A DNA stretch of 18,694 bases from Azolla caroliniana. Its lineage: Eukaryota; Plantae; Polypodiophyta. This document shows, piece after piece, positions 1-8,522 of the stretch; the stretch's first letter is position 1; every line of letters begins with the position of its first letter. Under the pieces are notes generated by a model. The model saw nothing but the letters and a program-made list of their open reading frames with translations. It was not told the DNA's origin and did not search any database. The stretch is from positions 1-18,694 of the forward strand of contig JBHGNT010000637.1 of assembly GCA_043228905.1 (NCBI GenBank), in the 5' to 3' direction. The position numbers and the translations under genes were made by a program.

Positions 1-1
1 A

Positions 2-1609
2 CACATTTCCGGGAAAGACAATGCCATGGCCGACATGCTTTCGAGGGCGCGATTCGACGACGAGGGCGGCATGGTTTCGGAGGATGAGGAAGTCGGCGTG
101 GACTTCTTCGAGGCGGCTTACGTAACAAACGAGGGGGGGAGCACTCCGGCGCTTAATGATTTCAACGAGAGCAAGTACGACGGGGAGTGGCTACAGATTG
201 GGGGATTCTTGAGGACGATGACGCCGGACGCGTCATGGACAAAGAACGAGGCCAACCGGATCCGGAAGAAAGCATACTGATTCTTTCTCCGAGACGGATA
301 CTTGTGGAAGCACCCGAAGAAGAGAAACAACATCCCGCTCCGAGTAGTGGCGATGGAGGAGGAACAGGAGGAGTTGCTGAAGGCCTACCACGACAGCCCC
401 TGGGCTGGACACCGTGGGACGTGGGCCATGTTCGAGAAACTAAAGGGGAAGTACTGGTGGCTGGGACTGTACCGGGACGTGCATCGGTTCGTGACAACTT
501 GTGAGAGCTGTCAAATACACTCCATAGTCCGACATCGGGACGAGCTTCACCCTACATACCCTCCGGTCATCCACTTCAAATGGATGGTAGATTTGGTGAC
601 GATGCCGATGGGCGTAGGGCAGATGCGATATCTGGTGCTGGCCCGGGAGGACCTGACGAACCAGGTGGAAGGCCGAGCCCTGTAGAACAAAACGACTGCG
701 GCCGTGTGTTGGTTCCTGATCGAGGACTTGATATGCCAATACGGGTGTGTCGGGAAGATCGTGGCTGACCGCGGGGAGTTGGACGCCGAAGAGGCCGAGG
801 AGCTGTTCGACCGGTTAGGGGTCAAGCTCTCGCTCACCACAACGTACAATCCGGAGGCGAACGGGAAGGTGGAGCGCGGACACGGACCGATCGTCAAAGC
901 GCTAGTTCGAGCGTGCGGAGGCCAGGTCGGGAACTGGCCACGACTGTTACCTTATGCCTTGTGGGCGGACCAGACAACGCACAGTTCGGTAACCGGGTTC
1001 ATGCCGTCAGAGCTCATGTTCGGACAGAAGCCGATCATGCCGATGGAACGGACGATCTCCTCTTGGGCGACAATGGACTGGAGAGACAAGATGAGCCGGG
1101 AAGAACTACTAGCGGCGCATATACGGCAGCTCGAGCGGAGGCCAGAGGACGTGGAACGAGCGACGGAGAGACTTCGGACGGCGAGGATGAGGAACAAAGC
1201 CCGGTTCGACCGAACGCACCGGCTCCGACCAAAGAAAATCGAGGAAGGCGACTGGGTGCTACTCTACGACAGTAGCCTCGACAACCAGCACCGGGCAACA
1301 CGGAAGTTTGCAAAGCGGTGGTTCGGGCCTTACGTGGTAACGAGCGCCAACGACAACGGGACGTATCACCTGGCGGAACTCGACGGTACGAGGATGGCGA
1401 TACCGGTAGCAGGGAAGCGGATCAAAGCGTTCAAGAAGCGCCACGACGGCGAACCGGATCTAAGAGGCCTAGACAGCGACGACGAACAGTCCGAAATGGA
1501 GGACGAACCGATGGACGAGGAACCGGAACCCGGACCGGTTTTCTCCAACCAGAACCCAATTTTGGCGCATACCGGTGGATGCGCAGTTAGGTGGGGGCGG
1601 ATGTCGTGA
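2..1609 (+). pseudogene. Gypsy A pol pseudogene (RNase H C-terminus, HHCC zinc finger, rve integrase core, acidic tail; no chromodomain)
   Basis: ORFs 26-280, 302-685 and 704-1609 are all in one frame, split by TGA 278-280 and TAG 683-685. Motifs: HISGKDNAMADMLSR, H-DSPWAG-H...C-ES-C, WMVDLV, IVADRG, YNPEANGKVER, KFAKRWFGPY. Confidence 0.93.
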
Positions 1610-2248
1610 AGAAAACCGTCCCTTAGCGTAATCGGTGCATAGCGCGCGTGAACCGGCTCTTCACGCGTGCGCGCCCTTTAATGTATATAATAGAGAATTA
1701 GGTACAAAGGTATATCCTAGGTAGTTAGATTCGGTAGGTAGGAAGTTAATGAGGGAAACGGCTCCCTTCTTGAAGCTATAAAAGAGAGGGAGACGCGGGG
1801 AGAAGGGAAGGCATTGAGGAGGACGAAGTGCTGTCAGACCGAAACCGAACGCTTCTCTTCCGTTCGTTCTCCATCGCTCTTCTCTGCAGGTTTTCGGGAG
1901 GCTCGCGCTGGTTCGAGGAACGCCCGTGTGCTTCCGGCAGCACCTCCATCCTATCCCCTTTCGTGCGTAGACGAGCAGGCATCGGCATCTGTTCGTCGGC
2001 CTGTTCGGTTGTAACCGCTCGCGTGCTCTGTTGTTTATGTGTCATTCGTTAATATACAAACATCCGTGTCTCTCTGTCTCTCTGTCCATTCGTGTCTTCC
2101 GCGTTGACGGGCCGTGTCCCTGTGTTTCTTTGCTCATACGTAACCGGGCGTCTCTCTCTTTCTCTTTCCCCTTCTATCACCTGCTCTTCGGTTCAAGACC
2201 CCGGTGGTCCCGTCTCGTTTCTCCACGCACGCGCATAGTAACGCGATA
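1602..2248 (+). repeat. 3' LTR of Gypsy A (~647 bp)
   Basis: Starts with TG directly after the PPT. TATAAAAG at 1777-1784 is followed by CT-rich R/U5-like sequence. The end CGCGATA is an imperfect inverted copy of TGTCGTG (CA mutated to TA). Confidence 0.82.
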
Positions 2249-3851
2249 ACGTAGACCATTCTACACTATTATACTTGGTCTCTAAGGCATCCCTCATGGG
2301 TAAGCTGGCCCGGTGGACATTGGTGCTACAGGAATTCGAGTTCGAAATTTATCACTAACCGGGTATACAACACGCGGTTGCCGACTATTTGAGTCGGTTA
2401 GAAACTGGCGAGACCGGTGACGGCGTACCAGATGAGTTTCCGGATGCCGAATTGTTTAAAATCACAGCAAAAACCACAGCGGATAGGACAAATCCGGACG
2501 AGGACAAATGGCTAACAAACATGCATCGGTTCTTAAGCACGGTACTACCGCTGGAAGAGATGAACAGAGACGAGTGGAAATGATTGGCGGTCCAAAGCCG
2601 ACATTTTTGTTTATTACAGGACACCCTATACCACAAGGGAGCCGATGGAATATGGCAGAGAGTGGTGTGGAGTGATGAAAAAGACATCATATTATGGGGA
2701 GCACATTGTGGAGTCACCGGAGGACACTATGTCGGTGAAGCTACAACGAGAAAGATATGGCACAGTGGGCTATGGTGGCCAACGACACTGAAAGATTTGG
2801 TCTGATATATGAAGGAATGTGATTTGTGCCAACGAATGGGCCAACTGACAGAACAAGCGCGGATGCCTCACCAGCCAGTACTACCCCTAGAACCATTTCA
2901 AAAATGGGGGCTGGACTTCGTCAGACCATTCAAGCCGCCAGATACATCATAGTTGCTACAGATTATTTCACCAAGTGGGTAGAGGCCAAGGCTTTGCGAG
3001 ACAATATTGCGGCATCAACGGCGAAGTTTCTCTACGAGTACATCTGGTGCCGTTACGGATGTCCAATCGAATTAATTAGCGACCAGGGTGAACACTTCCT
3101 CGGTCAAGTAGTGGAGAGCCTAACAACGTTCTACGCGATAGTACACAAGCGCAGCACTCCGTACTACCCGCAGGCCAATGGACTGGCCGAGTCCACCAAC
3201 AAGACACTATAGAACATCCTCCGGAAGATCGTCAACGAAAACCGGACCGATTGGGACACGAAGTTGCACAGTGCATTATGGGCGTACCGGACGGCGTATA
3301 AAACGAGCATCAGGTCGACACCATTCCAGTTAGCGTTCGGACTAGAAGCGGTGATGCCAATTGAATTTCAAGTACCGAGCTTACAAATACAGGTCTGGGA
3401 GCAACTGAGTGAAAAGGAATCAGAGAAAATATGATTGGCGGCACTATGTGAGCTAGAAGAGCATCGGATAGCGAGTATCATGCAGTTAGAACTAGAGCAA
3501 CGACGAAGGAAGGCATTCGTCAACCGGCACCGAAAGGGCAATGAGAAGTTGTTCAGAATCGGCAAGTCGGTGCTCACATTTTAGACACGGATGGGTAAGA
3601 TGTCGGGCAAGCTACAGTTCCAGTGGACCGGACCATACTGGATCACGAGAGAATTCAACGGTTCTTACCAGTTAGGCACGCTTGCCGGCGAGGTACTGGA
3701 CAAATGGGTAAATGGGTTCCGGCTTAAACCCTATTACGGACCCATGCCACCAAACCTGTTCCATCAGGTGGAGACCAATGCGGAAACCGGAAGCGGCAAG
3801 CCATTGGCCGATAACCAAGAGGAGCCGGTGTTACCAGAAACCCGGGACTAA
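2249..3851 (+). pseudogene. Gypsy B pol pseudogene (RNase H to integrase), non-chromovirus type, interrupted at 2249 by Gypsy A
   Basis: Reads VDHSTLLYLVSKASLMGKLARWTLVLQEFEFEIYH*PGIQHAVADYLSR from 2251, then HCGVTGGH...[61 protein letters not shown]. It has several stops and a frameshift near 2938. Confidence 0.92.
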
Positions 3852-4070
3852 TGATTAATTAATTAAAAATAATTAAAAATTTTAAAAAAAGAAAGAAAGA
3901 AAGAAAAGAAAAGAAAAGTCGTCATGCATAGGTGAGGAGCGAAGGCACTTTGAAAAGGGTGTGGTTGGTGGCTAATTAAAGCCTCTTTAAAAGCCCACCA
4001 TGTGTCAACCAACTGCTATAATAGTACACGACATGCATGCGTGGGAATCAAGAAAAGGCGCCAAGCAAGC

Positions 4071-4343
4071 ATGGAGAGACAAAACCTCCGCCTCACAGAG
4101 TTCCTCTCATTTCACGAGAACAAAGCACTAAGCGCACACAGCCGATTAAGAGTGATCAGACGAACGCAAGAGGAATGCACAGACATACTAATCCTACCAA
4201 GTCCCACAGACTCAGACGGCGAGATGGAACACATGGCACTCTCGGAAGCGGCCAAGAAATGGTTCAAGCAACACAGATTGGAAGGGTTCCTAAGAATCGT
4301 CAAGGCACCTCTGCACAGGGAGGCGGAGAATAAGTCGAATTAG
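4071..4343 (+). CDS. Putative accessory ORF downstream of Gypsy B pol, probably 3'-truncated near 4329; function unknown
   Basis: ATG at 4071 follows an AT/A-rich spacer (3850-3918) and TATAA (~4017). Protein-like composition (MERQNLRLTEFLSFHENKAL...KKWFKQHRLEGFLRIVKAP). Base composition changes abruptly at ~4329. Confidence 0.4.
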   Translation: MERQNLRLTEFLSFHENKALSAHSRLRVIRRTQEECTDILILPSPTDSDGEMEHMALSEAAKKWFKQHRLEGFLRIVKAPLHREAENKSN

Positions 4344-4558
4344 ATAGCGGTTTATTAATGAAAGTGTTGTTGTTCTACATCTGGTCTAATCCTTGAAGCT
4401 TAGTTAAATACCATTTTGTGCTTACTATAATCTATCTTACGCGTGTATTACGATCATTAACCACACCAGTTAGTAGCCGGTAAGGAATACGTTGTATCAC
4501 GGTCTACGCCTACCCCACTTGCACCACCCTTTGGTGAAGTGTCCTAAGGGGCACCCTG

Positions 4559-5132
4559 TGTTAGGGCTAGTTCGGCCCAAGGAGTAACAGGAATTGACCG
4601 GCCACAACCAGTTTCACGTTTGTATTCGTGTGCAAAAATCACGAACTAGTACATAGACAGAAAAACGTAAAGACACAGAGACACCGATATTTTACGTGGA
4701 AAACCTGAAATGGGAAAAACCACGGGGGTCCACAAACCCCGAGAAACAATCACTATAGTAGAGAGAAAGTACAAATACGGAACTCGGAGGCAACGACCTC
4801 GAGTTTTCCTTCGTCTAACAAACGGCTACAGAGTTACACTCTCACTCTCTCACTCACGGTTACAGAGGCAACTACCTCATTCTAACTATTTTCAATAATG
4901 GTCAACTACATTCGTATACTCTAAAGTTTGCCCTAGTTGTTTATAAACAAAAGCAACTTTCTAGCTATTTACAAGTATAACCCACAAGGGCCTTTTAGAC
5001 TATTTACAATTATAGTCTTCCGAAACAATTTCGGTATCCGATTACGATTTCAAGTTCGAGTTCGGTTTCAGTTTTGAGATACTCACCAACGCGGTCCTTC
5101 TCTTCCCATCCGGAGGGACATGTTTCCCAACA
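4559..5132 (-). mobile_element. Solo Copia-type LTR (~574 bp), minus strand, no TSD
   Basis: Plus-strand ends are TGTTAGG (4559) and CCCAACA (5132). The minus strand carries CCCGTGGTTTTTCCC...GGTTTTCCACGTAAAA (4690-4726), a motif I recognise from plant Copia LTRs. Flanks CCCTG and AGGTG differ. Confidence 0.72.
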
Positions 5133-6123
5133 AGGTGTGCAACACCAAACTTGGCCATGTTAAGGTGGATTTCTTACATCAAATCAATGAACCCAGAAGT
5201 CTGCCACATACCAGGAAAGAATAATGCCATGGCAGACATGCTATCAAGGGCAAGGTATGAAGGTGAAAGTGGCATGGTGTTAGAAGAAGAGGATGTTGCT
5301 CTCAATTTCTTGAAAACGGGCCAAGGCATATGTGGAGGAACGAGATATGCAACTGCTCAACGCCTTCAAAGAGAGCAAGTATGAAGGGGAGTGACTTCAC
5401 ACATGCGGGTTCTTGAGCTCAATGATAGCAAACATTTCATGGACAAAGGAGGTATGCTACGGGCATGACCATATGACATCCCGTGGTGAAAATTTACTGT
5501 AGTATTCTATACACGTGGATAAGTGTGAGGGTTAAACGAGAGTGTAAAGAATACTACAGTAAATTCTCACCATGGGATATTATATGGTCATGCCTGTAAC
5601 AAGGAAGCACAAAGGATCCAAAGAGAAGGCATACAAGTACTTCATGTAAGGAGAGTACCTCTAGAAGCACTAGAAGAGAAGGATGGTAACACCACAACGA
5701 GTGGTCATCAAGACCAGACAACATTAGTGTTTGAGTTCCACAAGAGTCCTTGGGCAAGCCATAGAGTGACATGGGAAAATTTTGAGAAGTCAAAAGAGAA
5801 GTATTGATGGTTGGGAATGTACAAGGATGTCGCCCATTTCATGGATACATGTGAAAGTTTCCAACTATATTCGAACATACGACATAGGGACAAGTTGCAC
5901 TTGACCTATCCACTCACCATACACTTCAAATGGTTGGTGGATCTGGTTTCAATGCCAAGGGGAGTGGGCCAAATGAAGTACCTCGTACTAGCAAAAGAGA
6001 ACCTAATGAACCAGGTAGAAGGGTGGGCCTTAGTGAAGAAGGCAACAACGGGAGTGTGCAAATTCTTACTCGAAGATGTGCATTTTCCGGTACGGATGTG
6101 TGGGAAAGATATTGGCAAACAGA
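5133..6123 (+). pseudogene. Gypsy C pol fragment, heavily degenerated homolog of Gypsy A pol (RNase H end to integrase N-half)
   Basis: CATPNLAMLRWISYIKSMNPEVCHIPGKNNAMADMLSRARYEGESGMVLEEEDV aligns with A's HISGKDNAMADMLSRARFDDEGGMVSEDEEV. RHRDKLHLTYPLTIHFKWLVDLVSMP aligns with RHRDELHPTYPPVIHFKWMVDLVTMP. Many stops and frameshifts; homology ends near 6123. Confidence 0.88.
5455..5601. mobile_element. 147-bp MITE-like hairpin element (60-bp TIRs, TG..CA ends, 5-bp TSD)
   Basis: 5455-5514 and the reverse complement of 5542-5601 match at 53/60 positions, with a 27-bp spacer. Flanks are AGGTA (5450-5454) and AGGAA (5602-5606). Removing it restores SWTKEEAQRI, homologous to SWTKNEANRI of Gypsy A. 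Confidence 0.9.
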
Positions 6124-6553
6124 AGCATGCCGAAGATGGGAAAGGTAGTTGAAAATTGGAAAAGGGATGAGGTGTAAGTGTGAGCAAAAGCAAGAGGGAG
6201 AAAAATGTGTAGCACGTGCAAAAGGGAGAAAAGCATGTGCACGTTGTTGGTGGTTCGTGTGTTCATCATTGGTGGTTCTTGTGCTCGTGTCCAACATTTG
6301 TCTTCGGTGTTCGAGTAGAGTGTTCGTCGTATTGCAAGGGTGTACACTATATTGCTCCATTCATCTCCTTACCCTTGTGAGTTCATTGTTAACTGGAAGT
6401 TGCCACCATTGTAACCCCCTTTACCTTGTAATCGGAAACCCTATTTTGTAAAAGACATTCTTTGTACTTGTAATCTAGTGTCTTGCCTTGTCAATTAGCC
6501 ATACTCCCAATAGTCATGTGTTAACCCTCTTCTTGTGCATTCGCTTGTATTTG

Positions 6554-6749
6554 TGCCTTGTGATAGATTCGGGCTTGCCCATGCAACTCCCCTCAACAAA
6601 GGTATCTTTCTTTGACTAGTCAAACACTCATGCCTTGGGATAGATTCGAGCTTGCCCAGGCATCTCCCCTCGACAAAGGCTTCTTTCTTCAACTAGTCAA
6701 ACATTCATGCCTTGGGATAGATTCGGGCTTGCCCATGCATCTCCCCTTG
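6554..6749. repeat. Tandem repeat, 77-bp unit x ~2.5
   Basis: TGCCTTG(G/T)GATAGATTCG(G/A)GCTTGCCCA(T/G)GCA.CTCCCCT starts at 6554, 6631 and 6708. Confidence 0.9.
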
Positions 6750-6774
6750 AGGCGAATTGTCGATTGTTCAATGT

Positions 6775-6932
6775 TCGACTAACCAAATTGTTGACTAGTC
6801 GAAGCCTTCGACTAGTGTGTTTGATTAAGCGAATCGTCGACTAGTCGAAGCCTTCGGCTAGTGTGTTCGATTCGGCGAATCGTTGACTAGAGCGCTCGAT
6901 AAGACGAAGCCCTCGACAAGTGCGCTCAACTA
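6775..6932. repeat. Palindrome-rich tandem repeat, 46-bp period, built on TCGACTAGT
   Basis: GACTAG units start at 6793, 6839 and 6885. ACTAGTCGAAG-C-CTTCGACTAGT (6794-6816) is a perfect inverted repeat. Confidence 0.85.
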
Positions 6933-7033
6933 GACGGATCTTCAACAAGCTATCTCCTCCATCTTTTCGACTACTTGGTCCAAGACCCCCGTGGTTCGGC
7001 TTGAGTAGCATATGCACGCACGTTTACGCAACA

Positions 7034-7413
7034 ACATGCTTATCGGTTGTTCGAAGGGAGAACGGAGTAGTCGAGAACACTAGTCCGAAATGAGGCACTA
7101 TAGCAATCAAAAGTAGTTAGGGTCAGCAACCCACTCAACTCACCATCACTGGAAGCTTCAACCCCCCCATCTTCGCTTTCCGTATATTATTATGTTAGTG
7201 GTTAGCTCTTAGATACCACTATTGTAATCTATCCCTAGAACATTTGTATACCCTACTACATAAAGGGTTCTTGCTTAATCTAGCTTTCGGCCTAAGAATA
7301 GGCTTGCATTTGGTCTCAAAATTGTTTAAATCCTTCACAATCTCGAGTTCAATATGTTAGTTGTATGTTTTGAAACTAACCTTGTGCATTAATCATTGTT
7401 CTAGTACGTGACA
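7034..7413 (+). mobile_element. Probable 3' portion of another LTR
   Basis: Non-coding; ends GTACGTGACA at 7413, similar to the ACGCGACA-type LTR ends nearby. The start was not identified. Confidence 0.35.
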
Positions 7414-7430
7414 GTGAGATGAGATGAACT

Positions 7431-7654
7431 TGTCGCGAGCCTTTAACTCATTGCGACAAGAGCCTTTAACTCATTGCTCCCTTTGACTTAATGCAAGCCT
7501 TCAACTCCTGGGAGCCTCTGACTTTTACCGAGCATTCAATTCCTTCGAGCCTTTGAGCCCCTTATGTTTGCGCCCACCTAATCTTGTGTCCTCCCTAGTC
7601 CAAGACCCCGTATGGTCCTACTCAAGTAGCACACGCCCATGCGTTTACGCGACA
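7431..7654 (+). mobile_element. Short (224 bp) LTR-like element with TGTCGCG..CGCGACA termini
   Basis: Perfect 7-bp inverted termini. The last ~55 bp resemble 6981-7033 and 2194-2248. Internal direct repeat GAGCCTTTAACTCATTGC at 7437 and 7460. No TSD (GAACT vs ACGTA). Confidence 0.55.
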
Positions 7655-7950
7655 ACGTATAAATGTTTATTTTATGGTGTAGGTATATGTGAAAATGTTA
7701 ACTTCGTGTGTGGGTGTGTTATGAAAAAAGTGAAGGTCAAATGTGAAAGCTAGGCTCGGGTGCCAAAGCCTAGGTTTGGGACCTAAAGCTGAGGTGTGGT
7801 AGGCCCCTTCATGTGATTGTGTGTTCAACCTCATTGGTAGTTGGCTAGCTACTCATTCATGTGTTTCCCATACCTATCTGTGTGATCCCAAAGCCTACCT
7901 CTTTGAGAGTTGTGGTTGAGCCGACCATTGAGCGTTTCCTATATGTGCTT

Positions 7951-8265
7951 TGTTGAGAATCAATCTCAACGTGGTCTAGTGTGTGAACTCACCTTGAGAG
8001 TGAAGAGACATTTCAACGGTCAAGAGTCACCATTATGTCACCACTTTGTATTCTAGCATTTAGTATGATTCATAGAATCATATTCTATGACACATAACTT
8101 ATGAGCTTTCACATTCCCCATGCTCCATGAGCCTTGTAGTTAATGAAGAGAGAGGGTGACTACATAAATCACCCTCCTCCCACCTTGTATCATGTTGAGT
8201 CTTTCTCCTTTGCTAATATACTTAACCTTGCGTATACTCTGTCTCTGTCTCTATCTCTGTCTCTG

Positions 8266-8297
<32 letters not shown>

Positions 8298-8366
8298 ATA
8301 CACACACATACACACACAGTTCACACCTATTCCGCTTCACAAGAATCCATCTCTTGATTCTTTACA
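7951..8366 (+). repeat. Copia 5' LTR (416 bp)
   Basis: TG..CA ends; direct repeat of 12992-13372; contains a (CTCTGT)n/(CT)n/(CA)n microsatellite at ~8236-8318. Confidence 0.97.
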
Positions 8367-8378
8367 TGGTATCAGAGC
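8367..8378 (+). promoter_or_regulatory. Primer binding site for initiator tRNA-Met
   Basis: TGGTATCAGAGC immediately follows the 5' LTR; this is the canonical plant tRNAiMet PBS. Confidence 0.96.
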
Positions 8379-8522
8379 GATTTGGTAGCTTGATCTAGCC
8401 CATTCGCCTCATCATGATCGTGTGTTGTGCTCCACGCCGACGACCAAGAACCAGCTCATCGCTATCGTAGCTTCGCTACATAGCTCGCATTCAAAGAGAG
8501 AAGAAGAAGAAGAATCGAAATA

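Larger units (their letters stand above)
1..2248 (+). mobile_element. Ty3/Gypsy LTR retrotransposon A, 3' part (end of RNase H, integrase, PPT, 3' LTR); 5' part lies outside the window
   Basis: A single pol frame is followed by the purine tract AGGTGGGGGCGGA (1589-1601) and an LTR starting TGTCGTG at 1602 and ending ACGCGATA at 2248. A different pol begins immediately after. Confidence 0.9.
6128..7033 (+). mobile_element. LTR-like sequence (probable Gypsy LTR or composite of LTR pieces); left boundary uncertain
   Basis: Non-coding with internal tandem repeats. The 3' end CAAGACCCCCGTGGT...TTTACGCAACA resembles the end of the Gypsy A LTR. No TSD found. Confidence 0.55.

Noticed and set aside
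118-1590. Many overlapping alternative-frame and antisense ORFs over Gypsy A
   Set aside because: These are shadow ORFs of GC-rich pol sequence with no recognisable motifs.
6149-6451. 100-aa Cys-rich hydrophobic ORF (env-like?)
   Set aside because: It lacks an ATG start, lies in TG-rich LTR-like sequence and has no recognisable motif.
6554-6932. Regularly spaced repeats resembling a CRISPR array
   Set aside because: The whole units are repeated with no unique spacers, there are no cas genes, and the context is a eukaryotic LTR.
8367-8378. tRNA-like sequence
   Set aside because: It is only the 12-nt PBS complementary to the tRNA-iMet 3' end; there is no cloverleaf.
8143-8398. ORFs with LSLSLS or CLCLCL runs (also 13179-13403)
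   Set aside because: They are translations of the (CTCTGT)n microsatellite inside the Copia LTRs.
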